From contig JBMNHF010000004.1 of assembly GCA_050950205.1 (NCBI GenBank), forward strand, positions 19,045-83,044: a stretch of DNA of 64,000 nt. Reading direction: 5' to 3'. The position numbers and the translations under genes were made by a program. Source of the stretch: Oscillospiraceae bacterium. Its GTDB lineage: Bacteria; Bacillota; Clostridia; Oscillospirales; Ruminococcaceae. Shown here piece after piece: positions 37,640-48,743 of this stretch (position 1 is its first letter; every line of letters starts with the position of its first letter). The notes under the pieces are model-generated. The model had not been told where the DNA came from. It saw only the letters and a program-made list of their open reading frames with translations, and ran no database searches.

Positions 37640-40041
37640 TGCTCCAGCCCCCAAATGTGGCGGGCGTACTCCCCAATGGCCCGGTCGGCGGAAAAGATAC
37701 CGCTCTGGGCGATGTTGATCAGGGACATCTTAAGCCAGCGGTATTTGTCCCGGTACAGCTCCCCGGAATACTGCCGCACCCTGCGGTAGGCGTCAAAGTC
37801 GGCCAAGGTCATGTAGTAGTCGCTGTCCCGGAGCATGTGGTACAAATCGGGGAAGGCGGTTTCCCCAAACTCGGTCATCAGAGCATCCAGCGCCCGTTGG
37901 ATAACGGGGTTGCTCTCGTAAAGCTCCACGGGGCGGTAACCTTGGGCTCTGCGCTGCTCCACCTCTTGGGCGGTCATACCAAAGATAAGAATATTCTCCC
38001 TGCCCACCGCCTCGCTGATTTCCACATTGGCGCCGTCCAGTGTTCCCAAGGTGATGGCGCCGTTGAGCATCAGCTTCATGTTGCCGGTGCCGGAAGCTTC
38101 GGTGCCCGCCAGGGAAATCTGCTGGGAAATGTCGGCGGCCGGCAGCAGCATCTCCATTTTGGAGACGTTGTAGTCCTCCAAAAAGATGACCTGCATTTTA
38201 TCCCGGACGCAAGGGTCACTATTCACCTTGTCGGCCAAAGAGCAGATCAGTTTAATAATCTGCTTTGCCATAAAGTAGCCGGAAGCCGCCTTGGCTCCAA
38301 AAATATAGGTGCGGGGGGGAAACTCCGCGGTGGGATGGTCTTTTAAATAGTGGTAGGTGGCCAGAATATCCAGTGCGTTGAGCTGCTGGCGCTTGTATTC
38401 ATGCAGCCGCTTGACGTGAACATCAAAGATGGAGTCGGGGTTGAGGGCAAGGCCCGTCATACCCTCTATCTGCTTGCAAAACTGCTCCTTGCTGCGGCGC
38501 TTGGCCTGAGCCAGCGAATCCAGAAAAGCGGTGTCCTCGGAAAAATCACCGAGCTTGGCAAGGGAGGAAATATCCTTTGCAAAATCCGTTCCGAGGGCTT
38601 CCTGGATGAGACTGGTGAGGTTGGGGTTGGCCTGCGCCAGCCAGCGGCGACTGGCAATGCCGTTGGTGACATTAGTGAACTTTTCCGGCTCAATCTGGTA
38701 GAAAGGTGCAAAGACATCGTCCTTGAGAATCTGACTGTGAAGCTTGGAAACACCGTTGACGCTGTGGCTGCCCACCACCGCCAGATGAGCCATGTGAATG
38801 CGCCCCCCTTGCAGGATGGCCATACTCTCCACCACTTCCGGGCTGAGGCTGCGTGGGGAGAGCGCTTGCCGGTGTCTGCGGTCAATTTCCTGGATGATGG
38901 TGTAGAGACGGGGCAGGAGGGGGCGGAAGAGGTCCACATCCCAAACCTCCATGGCCTCCTTCATCACCGTGTGGTTGGTGTAGGCAAAGGTGCCTTGAAC
39001 AATGCGCCATGCCCCATCCCAGCCGTAGCCACAGTCGTCCAGCAAAAAGCGCATCAGCTCAGGAATGGCCAGGGCGGGGTGGGTGTCGTTGATGTGGATG
39101 GCATTTTTCTCGGCAAAATTGTCCAGCGTTCCGTACACGCTGAGATGGCGGCGGCAGATGTCGGCGATGGAGGCAGCACAGAGGAAGTACTGCTGCCGCA
39201 ACCGCAACAGTTTCCCCTCCAGGTGGTTGTCGTTGGGGTACAGCACCTTGCTGATGGCCTCGCCGTAATAGGTTTGCTGAAAGGCACCGGCATAATCGCC
39301 CCGGTTAAAGCGCTCCATATCCATGCCTGTCATATGTTTGGCCTGCCACACCCGCAGCAGGGAGATGCCCTCGGAGCGGTAGCCCGGCACGTGAATGTCG
39401 TAGGGAATCGCCATCACGGTGGAATAGCCACTGTGCTGTACCAGATGCTTGTTGTTCTCCCAATACTCTTTGATCTGGCCCCCAAAACGCACCGGAACCT
39501 CGTACCCCGGCTTGGGAGTCAGCCACGCGCTCCCTTTGGGCAACCAGTTATCCGGCAGTTCACTCTGCCAACCGTCGATGATCTTCTGTTTGAAGATGCC
39601 AAACTCATAGAGGATGCAGTAACCGGTGCAGAGATACCGCTGGTGGGCGGCGGCATCCAGATAACAGGCTGCCAGCCTGCCCAATCCGCCATTGCCCAGT
39701 CCCGCATCCGGTTCCAACTGGTAGAGGTTTTCCAACCGGACGCCAAACTCCTCCAGAGCCTGAGCCATCTCCTCTGCCATGTCCAGATTATAGAGGCAGT
39801 TGCGCAGCGAGCGGCCCAGCAAAAACTCCATATTCAAATAGTAGACCTGTTTTTTTCCTGCCGAAAGGTTGTGGGCCCAAAAACGCTTGCGCTTTTCCAG
39901 CATGATATCGTTGAGGACATAAATCACGGCCTGATAAAACAGCTCATCCGAAGCCGAAGATAGGTTCCCCACTCCCATATGGTGGGTCAGCTTGTTGCGC
40001 AAAAGCTCCATCAAACGGTGTTTGGTGTATGGGGATTTCAT
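37636..40041 (-). CDS. glgP: Glycogen/maltodextrin phosphorylase
   Basis: GLGNGGLGRLAAC, INDTHP, HVKRLHEYKRQ, EASGTGNMK. Confidence 0.97.
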   Translation of the reverse strand: MKSPYTKHRLMELLRNKLTHHMGVGNLSSASDELFYQAVIYVLNDIMLEKRKRFWAHNLSAGKKQVYYLNMEFLLGRSLRNCLYNLDMAEEMAQALEEFGVRLENLYQLEPDAGLGNGGLGRLAACYLDAAAHQRYLCTGYCILYEFGIFKQKIIDGWQSELPDNWLPKGSAWLTPKPGYEVPVRFGGQIKEYWENNKHLVQHSGYSTVMAIPYDIHVPGYRSEGISLLRVWQAKHMTGMDMERFNRGDYAGAFQQTYYGEAISKVLYPNDNHLEGKLLRLRQQYFLCAASIADICRRHLSVYGTLDNFAEKNAIHINDTHPALAIPELMRFLLDDCGYGWDGAWRIVQGTFAYTNHTVMKEAMEVWDVDLFRPLLPRLYTIIQEIDRRHRQALSPRSLSPEVVESMAILQGGRIHMAHLAVVGSHSVNGVSKLHSQILKDDVFAPFYQIEPEKFTNVTNGIASRRWLAQANPNLTSLIQEALGTDFAKDISSLAKLGDFSEDTAFLDSLAQAKRRSKEQFCKQIEGMTGLALNPDSIFDVHVKRLHEYKRQQLNALDILATYHYLKDHPTAEFPPRTYIFGAKAASGYFMAKQIIKLICSLADKVNSDPCVRDKMQVIFLEDYNVSKMEMLLPAADISQQISLAGTEASGTGNMKLMLNGAITLGTLDGANVEISEAVGRENILIFGMTAQEVEQRRAQGYRPVELYESNPVIQRALDALMTEFGETAFPDLYHMLRDSDYYMTLADFDAYRRVRQYSGELYRDKYRWLKMSLINIAQSGIFSADRAIGEYARHIWGLEQ

Positions 40042-40312
40042 CAGGCACCTCCATGCTCTCCAACGTTTTGCACCGGCCGCAAACAAGGCTGCAATCGGCT
40101 TTATTTACTTATTTAGTATATAGGAAGGGTTTTAGGTTTTCAATCCCAGGACAGGAATAAAATGGCATTTATTTGCTTTTTTACAGGAAGCCTTTCCCTC
40201 CCCTTTCTTATTGCGGAAAAATGGGTTATAATACATATAAAATATTCTAGGGCTTAATGGTAACGTTACTTTTCGGCCCTGTATCATTACATAGGAAAAA
40301 GGAAGTGGGTTT

Positions 40313-40663
40313 GTGGCTGGAAACCGAGTTGTCATTACCATTAACGGAGTGCGCTACCCCATCCGATCGATGGAAGAGCCGGCCTATGTCCACAAGCTGG
40401 CAGAGGAAATGGACGCCACCCTGCATACGCTCATTCATCAGGGCAATCTCAGCCTCAGCGAGGCTTTGGTTCTGCTGAGCCTGGAATATCTGGACAGCTA
40501 CCGCAAGGCAGAACGGAACCTGGACAATATGCGCAGCCAGCTTTCGGAGTATTTGGAGGATGCGGCCAAAGCGCGTCTGGAGCGGGACGAAGCCCGCCGG
40601 GAAGTGGAGCGGTTGGAGCGGCTGCTCAAAAATAAGGAGCCTGCTTCGTCCGGCAGTTATTAG
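40313..40663 (+). CDS. zapA: Cell division protein ZapA
   Basis: VVITINGVRYPI...YVHKLAEEMD plus a coiled-coil C-terminus. Confidence 0.8.
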   Translation: MAGNRVVITINGVRYPIRSMEEPAYVHKLAEEMDATLHTLIHQGNLSLSEALVLLSLEYLDSYRKAERNLDNMRSQLSEYLEDAAKARLERDEARREVERLERLLKNKEPASSGSY

Positions 40664-40705
40664 ACAGCACATCATTCAAAAGCATTCGAATACGGAGGTT
40701 TTCCC

Positions 40706-42136
40706 ATGCATCAGCGCTATATCAGCCCCTTTTCCACCCGCTATGCCAGCGAGGAAATGCAGCACCTCTTTTCGGAGGAAAAGAAGTTCCGCACCTGGCG
40801 CAGGCTGTGGGTTTCCTTGGCTCAAGCCCAGCACAAGCTGGGGCTCCCCATCACCGAGGAGCAGATTGAGGAGCTAAAGCGCCATCAGGATGACATCAAC
40901 TACGATGTGGCCCAAGCGCGGGAACGAGAGGTTCGCCACGATGTGATGAGCCATATCTACGCCTATGGGGTGCAGTGCCCCGGGGCAGCGGGCATCATTC
41001 ATCTGGGGGCAACCAGCTGTTATGTGGGGGACAACACCGACATCATCATTATGAGAGAAGCTTTGGATTTGGTGCGGCACAAGTTGGCCGCCGTCATTCA
41101 AAAGCTCTGCGACTTTGCCTTGCAATATAAGGACATGCCCTGTCTGGCTTACACCCATCTGCAGCCGGCACAGCTCACCACCGTGGGCAAGCGGGCCACC
41201 CTTTGGGCCAATGAGCTTCTGATGGATCTGGCGGAGCTGGAATACCGACGGGACAACCTTGCCCTGCTTGGCTCCAAGGGAACCACCGGCACTCAGGCCA
41301 GCTTTTTGGAGCTGTTCGAAGGGGACGAGGCCAAGGTTCTGGAGCTGGAGCGGCTGATTGCCGCCGATGTTGGGTTCCAAAAGGTGGTGCCTGTTTCGGG
41401 CCAGACCTATTCCCGCAAGATGGATTTTCAGGTGCTGTCGGCGCTGGCGGGACTGGCCCAGTCGGCCAGCAAATTTTCCTATGATATGCGCCTACTCCAA
41501 AGCTTTAAAGAAATGGAGGAGCCCTTTGGCAAAAGCCAGATTGGATCTTCCGCCATGCCCTACAAGCGCAATCCCATGCGCAGCGAACGGATTACCGCTC
41601 TGGCTCGCTATGTGATGGTGGATTTGCTCAATCCCGCCTTGACTGCCGCCACCCAGTGGTTTGAGCGGACCCTGGACGATTCCGCCAACCGGCGGATCGC
41701 TGTTTCCGAAGCCTTTTTGGCTACCGACGCCATCCTGAATATTCTGCTGGATGTCTGCGACGGTCTGGTGGTCTACCCCATGGTGATCCGCCAGCGGATG
41801 ATGCAGGAATTGCCCTTTATGGCCACCGAAAACATTATGATGATGGCGGTGAAAAAAGGCGGAAACCGTCAGGAGCTACACGAGCGGCTGCGCCTTCACT
41901 CCATCGAAGCGGGGAAAGTGGTGAAGGAGCAGGGGGGCGAAAACGACCTGATGGCCCGCATCGCCGCCGACCCGGCCTTTGGCCTGAGCCAACAAGAGCT
42001 GGAGGAGGTTCTAAAGCCCGAGGCGTTTACCGGCCTTGCCCCTGAGCAGACCCTGCATTTTGTGGAACAGGTGGCAAAGCCCGCTCTTCAGCCCTATCAG
42101 GGGCAGATGGCTCAGCGCACCGATTTGCGGGTATAA
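40706..42136 (+). CDS. purB: Adenylosuccinate lyase
   Basis: RHDVMSH, IHLGATS, THLQPAQ, SSAMPYKRNP. Confidence 0.97.
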   Translation: MHQRYISPFSTRYASEEMQHLFSEEKKFRTWRRLWVSLAQAQHKLGLPITEEQIEELKRHQDDINYDVAQAREREVRHDVMSHIYAYGVQCPGAAGIIHLGATSCYVGDNTDIIIMREALDLVRHKLAAVIQKLCDFALQYKDMPCLAYTHLQPAQLTTVGKRATLWANELLMDLAELEYRRDNLALLGSKGTTGTQASFLELFEGDEAKVLELERLIAADVGFQKVVPVSGQTYSRKMDFQVLSALAGLAQSASKFSYDMRLLQSFKEMEEPFGKSQIGSSAMPYKRNPMRSERITALARYVMVDLLNPALTAATQWFERTLDDSANRRIAVSEAFLATDAILNILLDVCDGLVVYPMVIRQRMMQELPFMATENIMMMAVKKGGNRQELHERLRLHSIEAGKVVKEQGGENDLMARIAADPAFGLSQQELEEVLKPEAFTGLAPEQTLHFVEQVAKPALQPYQGQMAQRTDLRV

Positions 42137-42285
42137 CCGGCCGCTCCTTATACAGTTTTTCTAATTTCCAAGCCTAATTTTTGAGAATTTATGGCATTTC
42201 ACCCGATTCTATCGGGAAGCGGTTGCAATTTTCACCTTTATCCTGTATAATTCACTTTGTCAACCGGGCTTGTCCCGGTTTGTTT

Positions 42286-42361
42286 GGACGATTAGCTCAG
42301 CTGGTAGAGCATTCGCTTGACGTGCGAAGGGTCAGCGGTTCGAGTCCGTTATCGTCCACCA
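42286..42361 (+). tRNA. tRNA-Val(GAC)
   Basis: Complete cloverleaf, TT-GAC-GT loop, CCA encoded; TTGCAA-17-TATAAT promoter at 42223-42251. Confidence 0.97.
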
Positions 42362-42755
42362 AGGGGTGCTGTCCTTGCAATAGCGGGGGCGGTACTTTTT
42401 TATTCTTTTCTAGGTACGGGGAATGACCTTGCCCTCCATGGCAAGGGGGTATTTTCCAAAAAGGCGGCATCGGGACAAAATTTGCAGCCCAATCCTTATT
42501 TTGTTTGATCGTATCCAACTAATTGTGCAAAAACGCTTGACGGACCAGCCGGATTGTGTTATAGTGTAGTCACCTCTAGAGGGTTTTATTTTTTTGCGCT
42601 TAAATGCAAAGACCCTCGCAGTTCGCAAAAGTGGGGAAATTGGCTTTATGCCGCAGTTTTCTTGTCTTGTCGGCTGCACGGAGGGAGGCAGGGTCGGCGC
42701 GGCTTTGCTGTGACTGCGACCCATTATCATTCCGATTAAGGGAGGCGCCGAAAGT

Positions 42756-42905
42756 ATGCGAGTAAAAATTACCTTGGCCTGCACAGAGTGCAAGCAACGC
42801 AACTACAACACCATGAAGAACAAAAAGAACGACCCCGACCGTCTGGAGATGAGTAAGTACTGCAGATTCTGTCGCAAGCATACTCCTCACCGGGAAACCA
42901 AATAG
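42756..42905 (+). CDS. rpmG: 50S ribosomal protein L33 (Zn-binding form), below the ORF-track cutoff
   Basis: [17 protein letters not shown]...[16 protein letters not shown]. Confidence 0.97.
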   Translation: MRVKITLACTECKQRNYNTMKNKKNDPDRLEMSKYCRFCRKHTPHRETK

Positions 42906-42925
42906 GCGGAAAGGCGGAGAAAAAA

Positions 42926-43153
42926 ATGGCTACAAATGCGAACACCGGCGAAGCAAAAGTCGGTATCTTCGGTCGGATCGCCCGGTTTTTCCGCAATGCT
43001 AAGGGCGAGATGAAGCGAGTGGTTTGGCCCAGTCGCAAGCAGGTTCTCAACAATACCGGCGCGGTGCTTATGTTTATGGTTTTGGCTGCCATAGTGGTTG
43101 GCGGCTTTGACTTGTTGCTTGGCACTTTGATTAAGCTGGTCTTTGGATCGTAA
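42926..43153 (+). CDS. secE: Preprotein translocase SecE
   Basis: EMKRVVWPSRK plus one TM segment; rpmG-secE-nusG context. Confidence 0.95.
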   Translation: MATNANTGEAKVGIFGRIARFFRNAKGEMKRVVWPSRKQVLNNTGAVLMFMVLAAIVVGGFDLLLGTLIKLVFGS

Positions 43154-43163
43154 GGAGCGTAAT

Positions 43164-43685
43164 ATGCCGGAAGAAGCCAGGTGGTACGTGGTTCACACCT
43201 ATTCGGGTTACGAAAACAAGGTGGCCACCAACATCGAAAAGGCGGTGGAAAACCGCAAACTGCAGGATCTGATTCAAGAAGTGCAGGTTCCCACCGAAAC
43301 GGTGGTGGAGATCAAAGACAATAAGAAAAAAGAAGTGGAGCGCAAAATTTATCCCGGCTATGTAATGGTCAAAATGATTATGACCGACGATAGCTGGTAT
43401 GTTGTGCGCAACATCCGCGGAGTCACCGGCTTTGTAGGTCCCGGTTCCCGGCCTGTTCCCCTCACCGACGAGGAAGTTTCTCGTCTTGGTGTGGAAAAGC
43501 GGGAAATTGTGCTCAACTTTAAGGTAGGGGATTCGATTAAGATAACCGACGGTTATCTGGAGGGCTTTATCGGCACCGTAGAATCCTTAGAGCCTGAAAA
43601 TGACTTGGTTCGTGTTTCGGTTTCCATGATGGGTAAGGACGTTTTGGTGGAGCTGGAGCTAAACCAGGTAGAAGCTCTCAATTAA
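43164..43685 (+). CDS. nusG: Transcription termination/antitermination factor NusG
   Basis: WYVVHTYSGYE, YPGYVMV, VRNIRGVTGFVG, KOW motif. Confidence 0.98.
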   Translation: MPEEARWYVVHTYSGYENKVATNIEKAVENRKLQDLIQEVQVPTETVVEIKDNKKKEVERKIYPGYVMVKMIMTDDSWYVVRNIRGVTGFVGPGSRPVPLTDEEVSRLGVEKREIVLNFKVGDSIKITDGYLEGFIGTVESLEPENDLVRVSVSMMGKDVLVELELNQVEALN

Positions 43686-43769
43686 CTTGTTATGGGCAGC
43701 TCTTTGGGGCTGTTTGTAAACCATGTGCGGATGGTCCGCACACTGGGTCGGCGTGTTCCGAGCCGGCCT

Positions 43770-43809
43770 GTGGGAGAAGGGGAATCAAATCCTCTTCGCA
43801 AGGAACCAC
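43770..43809 (+). promoter_or_regulatory. L1-binding autoregulatory leader of rplK-rplA
   Basis: GTGGGAG...hairpin...GAACCAC just upstream of the rplK RBS. Confidence 0.65.
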
Positions 43810-43827
43810 TAATTTTGGAGGTGCAAC

Positions 43828-44253
43828 ATGGCACAAAAGGTAATCGGCTATATCAAGCTGCAAATTCCTGCGGGCAAGGCTACGCCCGCACCCCCTGTTG
43901 GCCCCGCTCTGGGTCAGCACGGTGTCAATATCATGGCGTTCACCAAAGAATTTAACGAGCGTACCAAGAACGATGCAGGTCTTATCATTCCGGTGGTCAT
44001 CACCGTTTATGCAGACCGCACCTTCTCCTTTATTACCAAAACTCCTCCTGCCCCTGTGCTGATCAAAAAGGCCCTGGGACTGGACAAGGGTTCTGGTGTG
44101 CCCAACAAAGAAAAGGTTGGCACCCTTACCAAGGATCAGGTCAGGGCGATCGCCGAGCAGAAAATGCCCGATCTCAATGCGGGTAGCTTGGAAGCTGCCA
44201 TGAGCATGATCAAAGGAACCGCCCGCTCCATGGGTGTCCTAGTGGAAGAGTAG
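43828..44253 (+). CDS. rplK: 50S ribosomal protein L11
   Basis: [18 protein letters not shown]. Confidence 0.99.
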   Translation: MAQKVIGYIKLQIPAGKATPAPPVGPALGQHGVNIMAFTKEFNERTKNDAGLIIPVVITVYADRTFSFITKTPPAPVLIKKALGLDKGSGVPNKEKVGTLTKDQVRAIAEQKMPDLNAGSLEAAMSMIKGTARSMGVLVEE

Positions 44254-44266
44254 GAGGGGATGCAGA

Positions 44267-44965
44267 ATGTTTAGAGGAAAGAAATATAGAGACAGCCAGA
44301 AGACGTTTGAGCGCACTACTCTTCACAATGTGGACGAAGCCCTTAAAATTTGCCTGGGCACCGCCAAGGCAAAATTTGACGAGACGGTGGAGCTCCATGT
44401 CCGCTTGGGTGTAGACTCCCGCCACGCCGACCAGCAGGTTCGCGGTGCAGTGGTTCTTCCCAACGGCACCGGTAAAAGCGTGCGTGTTCTTGTGTTCTGC
44501 AAGGAAGACAAGATGGAAGAAGCCAAAGCCGCAGGCGCCGAGTATGTGGGCGGCCAGGACCTGGTGGAGAAAATCCAAAAAGAGGGCTGGATGGAATTTG
44601 ACGTGGTCATCGCCTCCCCCGATATGATGGGTGTTGTGGGTCGTCTGGGTAAGATCCTCGGTCCCCGCGGACTGATGCCCAACCCCAAGGCCGGCACCGT
44701 TACGCCCGATGTGGGCCGCGCCGTCACCGAGGCCAAAGCCGGTAAGATTGAATACCGCTTGGACAAAACCAACATCATCCACTGCCCCATCGGCAAGGTT
44801 TCCTTTGGCGTAGAAAAACTGCAGGAAAACCTTTCTACCCTGATGGACGCCATCATCAAGGCTAAGCCTGCCGCAGCCAAGGGCCAGTATATCAGAAGCT
44901 GCGTGGTAGCAACCACCATGGGCCCCGGCGTCAAGATCAATCCTTCCCGTTTTACCGCTCAATAA
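44267..44965 (+). CDS. rplA: 50S ribosomal protein L1
   Basis: [24 protein letters not shown]. Confidence 0.99.
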   Translation: MFRGKKYRDSQKTFERTTLHNVDEALKICLGTAKAKFDETVELHVRLGVDSRHADQQVRGAVVLPNGTGKSVRVLVFCKEDKMEEAKAAGAEYVGGQDLVEKIQKEGWMEFDVVIASPDMMGVVGRLGKILGPRGLMPNPKAGTVTPDVGRAVTEAKAGKIEYRLDKTNIIHCPIGKVSFGVEKLQENLSTLMDAIIKAKPAAAKGQYIRSCVVATTMGPGVKINPSRFTAQ

Positions 44966-44976
44966 TAGAATGAATC

Positions 44977-45010
44977 AAACACCGCAGACTCGTTGGTCTG
45001 CGGTGTTTTT
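44977..45010 (+). terminator. Terminator of rplKA
   Basis: AAACACCGCAGAC / GTCTGCGGTGTTT followed by T. Confidence 0.85.
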
Positions 45011-45055
45011 GTTCTGCCAAAGTCCTGCTTTTGAAGCTCCCCTGTTCTGAACGCC

Positions 45056-45083
45056 AAAAGGGCCGCATCTTCACATGCGGCCC
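45056..45083 (-). terminator. Intrinsic terminator immediately after atpA
   Basis: GGGCCGCAT/ATGCGGCCC stem followed by TTTT on the minus strand, 30 nt after the atpA stop. Confidence 0.8.
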
Positions 45084-45113
45084 AAGGTTTTCTATTTCAT
45101 TGATATTCAGCGG

Positions 45114-46622
45114 TTAGGACAGGTAATCTGTCTTAAACTCCTGAATGGCTTTGAGCAGGCGCTTTTCCAACTCGGGAGAAATATCCTGTGTCTGGCCAAT
45201 TTCATCAATCATTTCACTGTGCCAGACTCCAAAATGATCAAGGAGGTGCTGCTGGAAGTCCAGCACATCCTCCACCTTAATGTCGTCCAGACAGTGGCGG
45301 GTCATGGCAAAGAGAATGAGAATCTCGTGCTCCAGACGCATGGGGCTGTACTGGGGCTGCTTGAGAATTTCCACAATCCGCTCCCCGTGGCGCAGCCGCT
45401 CCTGGGTATCCTTGTCCAGATCGGAAGCAAACTGGGCAAAGGAAGAAAGCTCCCGGTACTGGGCCAACTCCACCCGAATGGGGGCGGCGATTTTTTTCAT
45501 AGCCGGCACCTGGGCTGCCCCTCCCACCCGGGATACCGATAGCCCCGGATTGATGGCAGGGCGGATTCCAGCGTTAAAGGATTCGGTTTCCAGATAAATC
45601 TGGCCGTCGGTAATGGAAATGACGTTGGTGGGAATGTAGGCGCTCATGTCGCCGCCTTGGGTTTCGATGATGGGCAAGGCGGTGATGGAGCCGCCTCCAT
45701 ACTGCTCGCTCAGGCGCCCCGCCCGTTCCAACAGGCGGGAGTGGAGATAAAACACATCGCCAGGGTAAGCCTCCCGGCCAGGGGGGCGGCGGAGCAGCAG
45801 GCTCATGGTGCGGTAGGCCACCGCATGCTTGGAAAGGTCATCCAGCACAATGAGAACATCCTTGCCTTGCTCCATCCAGTGCTCGGCAATTGCCATGCCG
45901 CTATAGGGCGCCAGATAGAGCATGGGAGCGTTTTCCGAAGCGGAGGCCACCACCACTGTGGTGTACCGCATGGCGTCGTATTCGGTCAGGGTGTTGACAA
46001 TGCCGGCCACGGTAGAGTTTTTTTGCCCAATGGCCACATAGACGCAGTAAACATCCTTGTCCCGCTGGTTGAGGATGGTGTCCAGCGCGATAGCGGTTTT
46101 TCCCGTTTGACGGTCCCCGATAATCAGTTGGCGCTGGCCTCTTCCAATGGGCACCATGGCGTCAATGGCCTTGATTCCCGTCAGCAGCGGGACATTCACC
46201 TTTTGCCGGGCCAAAACACCGGGAGCCACCCGCTCAATCGGGCGGAAGTTCTGCACCATCACCAGGCCCTGTTGGTCTAAGGGTTGACCCAGAGCATTGA
46301 CCACCCGGCCCAGCAAAGCATCTCCCACCGGTATTTGGGCCACCCGTCCGGTGCGGGTGACAAAGCTGCCCTCTCCCAAGCCGGCGCCGCTGCCCAAAAG
46401 CACCACGCCGATGTTGTCTTCCTCCAGGTTCATGGCAATGCCTACAGAGCCGTTTTCAAACTGGAGCAGCTCGCCGCTCATGGCGCTGCTCAGTCCGATC
46501 ACCCGCACAATGCCGTCCCCTACCTGCAGAACCCTTCCGGCCTCCTCCACATGAGGGGAAAAGAGGAAGCTGAGTACCTCGTCCTTAATAATCGAGCCGA
46601 TTGCTGTGGGGTTGAGATCCAT
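45114..46622 (-). CDS. atpA: F1 ATP synthase subunit alpha
   Basis: [37 protein letters not shown]; full length 502 aa. Confidence 0.98.
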   Translation of the reverse strand: MDLNPTAIGSIIKDEVLSFLFSPHVEEAGRVLQVGDGIVRVIGLSSAMSGELLQFENGSVGIAMNLEEDNIGVVLLGSGAGLGEGSFVTRTGRVAQIPVGDALLGRVVNALGQPLDQQGLVMVQNFRPIERVAPGVLARQKVNVPLLTGIKAIDAMVPIGRGQRQLIIGDRQTGKTAIALDTILNQRDKDVYCVYVAIGQKNSTVAGIVNTLTEYDAMRYTTVVVASASENAPMLYLAPYSGMAIAEHWMEQGKDVLIVLDDLSKHAVAYRTMSLLLRRPPGREAYPGDVFYLHSRLLERAGRLSEQYGGGSITALPIIETQGGDMSAYIPTNVISITDGQIYLETESFNAGIRPAINPGLSVSRVGGAAQVPAMKKIAAPIRVELAQYRELSSFAQFASDLDKDTQERLRHGERIVEILKQPQYSPMRLEHEILILFAMTRHCLDDIKVEDVLDFQQHLLDHFGVWHSEMIDEIGQTQDISPELEKRLLKAIQEFKTDYLS

Positions 46623-47083
46623 TATCGCAAATACACCCCCTCATAAACGGCTTTTTTCAGATCCGAAAGTTTGCGCTTGATGGATTGATCGATCACTGTG
46701 TTGTCCACAATAATTCTAAGCCCTCCCAACAGAGAAGGATCTACGGTGGTGCGGATATCCAGCTGCTTGCGGGTCATGCGGATCAGCCGCACCTCTATAT
46801 CATAAAGCTGCTGCTCGGTAAGAGGCACTGCAGAGATCACCTCTACCGGCACTAAGTGCATTTCTTTTCGAGCCAACTCCAAAAAGATGGAGAGAACCTG
46901 TTCCACCTCTTGAGGGGGAACCGCATGCAAAAACTCCGACAGCGGAACCGGCGCCTTTTCGATGGTGGGATTTCCCTCCAACGTCAACGAAAGCGCCTGC
47001 CGGTAGATGAGAGGCAATCCCCGATCCTGTGCAAAGCTCAGCAGGGCCAGAGCATATCGGCGGGCCAGCTTTAGCTGCCTCAT
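46622..47083 (-). CDS. atpH: ATP synthase subunit delta (short, 153 aa)
   Basis: [30 protein letters not shown]. Confidence 0.9.
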   Translation of the reverse strand: MRQLKLARRYALALLSFAQDRGLPLIYRQALSLTLEGNPTIEKAPVPLSEFLHAVPPQEVEQVLSIFLELARKEMHLVPVEVISAVPLTEQQLYDIEVRLIRMTRKQLDIRTTVDPSLLGGLRIIVDNTVIDQSIKRKLSDLKKAVYEGVYLR

Positions 47084-47641
47084 CTAGCTCTCCTCCCATT
47101 CGGCCAGCGCTTCGGCGATGAGGCGATCCTGGGTTTCCCGGTCGATGGATACCTCTACAAATCGGCCTGCCATTAAGGCGGCAATTTCTATGATCTGACG
47201 CTTCATCTCGTCGGCCACATTTTCTTTTTCGATTTCCAGCTCGGAAAGCGCCCGTTGATAGATGTTCTCTGCCTCCCGGCGGGCGGCAAACAGCATCTGG
47301 TCAGAGCGCTCCATGGCCTTTTTGTAGGCAGCGTGGAGAATTTCTTCCCGCTCTGTTTCGATATCGGCAATCATCCGCTCGTATTGCTCCTTAAGTTCCA
47401 AAGCTTCGGCTCGGTCTTTCTGAGCAGCCTCAATCTCGGCGGCAATCCGCTCTTTGCGCTGAGCCATAAACTGTTTGACCGGCTTGTAAAGCAAAAAAGC
47501 CAGCACAGCGGTGAGCAAAAGCACGTTGACAGCCTGAACCGCCATCTGGATCAACAGATCCTTGTCCAGATTTAAAATGCTTCCAAGGGGCAGTTCAGCC
47601 CCCGCCAGAGCAACAGTGCAAATTCCTTGAAACAAACCCAT
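47084..47641 (-). CDS. atpF: F0 subunit b
   Basis: TM segment followed by LLYKPVKQFMAQRKERI and a charged coiled coil. Confidence 0.92.
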   Translation of the reverse strand: MGLFQGICTVALAGAELPLGSILNLDKDLLIQMAVQAVNVLLLTAVLAFLLYKPVKQFMAQRKERIAAEIEAAQKDRAEALELKEQYERMIADIETEREEILHAAYKKAMERSDQMLFAARREAENIYQRALSELEIEKENVADEMKRQIIEIAALMAGRFVEVSIDRETQDRLIAEALAEWEES

Positions 47642-47678
47642 TCCCCCTTTCGGTTTTCCCCCCGGTGTGGAGCAGACA

Positions 47679-47927
47679 TTAAATCAGGGGGTTGGCCATC
47701 AGAAGAATCAGGGCGATGACAAGCCCGTAAACCGAACAGGTTTCGGCCACTGCTTGACCGATCAGCATGGTGCTCAAAATAGAGCTCCGTGCCTCGGGCT
47801 GGCGCGCCACTGCTTCGGCTGCCTTGCCGGCGGCAATGCCCTGGCCCAGCCCCGAGCCCAGGCCCGACAAAGTGCAAATTCCCGCAGAAAGTGCAGACAT
47901 TCCTAAAACAAACGATCTGCCATCCAT
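47679..47927 (-). CDS. atpE: F0 subunit c, probable Na+-binding type
   Basis: GLGQG, RQPE loop, AVAETCSVY. Confidence 0.95.
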   Translation of the reverse strand: MDGRSFVLGMSALSAGICTLSGLGSGLGQGIAAGKAAEAVARQPEARSSILSTMLIGQAVAETCSVYGLVIALILLMANPLI

Positions 47928-48018
47928 ATCATTTACCTCCTGTTTCTTTCAAGATGATGGGGAATGCGCTAAGCGGTCATTCCCCCAAATAGCTTTTGGC
48001 AGGTTGTCCGATGGGGTT

Positions 48019-48708
48019 TTAGTCGGAGACAACGGATTTTTCCGCAATAAAGGTCATGCTGAGTATGGTAAAGATAAAGGCCTGCAGCGAACCCGAAAAT
48101 ACATCAAAGTATGCGTGGAGAATGTCGGGCAGTACAATGCGCAGAGCCAAAGGCAGCATACCGTAAACCAAGGTCATAATGATGACTCCCCCCAGTACGT
48201 TGCCAAAAAGCCGGAAGGCCAGAGAGATGGGCTTGGAGATTTCCCCCACCAGGTTGATGGGGAGCATGACAGGGTGGGGAGAGAAGTATGCCTTAACGTA
48301 ATCCCACTTTTGAATCCGAATGCCCCGAAAGTGGATCAATCCAAAAGTCATAAGAGCCAATGCCCCCGTGGTGGCCAGATCGGCGGTGGGCTGCCGCAAT
48401 CCAAACAGGCCGCTGTAGTTGGAGAGAAGGATAAACAAAAACACGCCAAAAAAATACGGGGCAAAGGCATCGCTTCCCGGTCCCATGGTGCTGTTGGTAA
48501 AGCTCTCCATAACCTCCACAGCGCTCTCCACCGCATTTTGAAAGGCTCCAGGTACATCCCCAAAGCGGCACAACTGCACCCGGACCACCACCGCCAGAAG
48601 AATCAAAATTCCCATAATAACCCAGGTGGCAATCAGAGTGTCGGTCAAATAGACAGGGGTATCCCCTAGATGGAATAGTATTGCGTGGTAGCGGTTCGAA
48701 AAATCCAA
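48019..48708 (-). CDS. atpB: F0 subunit a
   Basis: PTADL, KPISLAFRLFGN with the essential Arg, LQAFIFTILS; TTG start after AGGAGG. Confidence 0.95.
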   Translation of the reverse strand: MDFSNRYHAILFHLGDTPVYLTDTLIATWVIMGILILLAVVVRVQLCRFGDVPGAFQNAVESAVEVMESFTNSTMGPGSDAFAPYFFGVFLFILLSNYSGLFGLRQPTADLATTGALALMTFGLIHFRGIRIQKWDYVKAYFSPHPVMLPINLVGEISKPISLAFRLFGNVLGGVIIMTLVYGMLPLALRIVLPDILHAYFDVFSGSLQAFIFTILSMTFIAEKSVVSD

Positions 48709-48743
48709 GGTTTTCCTCCTGTTAAAAAATTAGTTACCTAACT

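Noticed and set aside
45020-45113. LNINEIEN stretch after atpA as a remnant of the atpG 5' end
   Set aside because: Only about 5 residues of resemblance, no start codon or RBS, and it runs into the terminator; not supportable.
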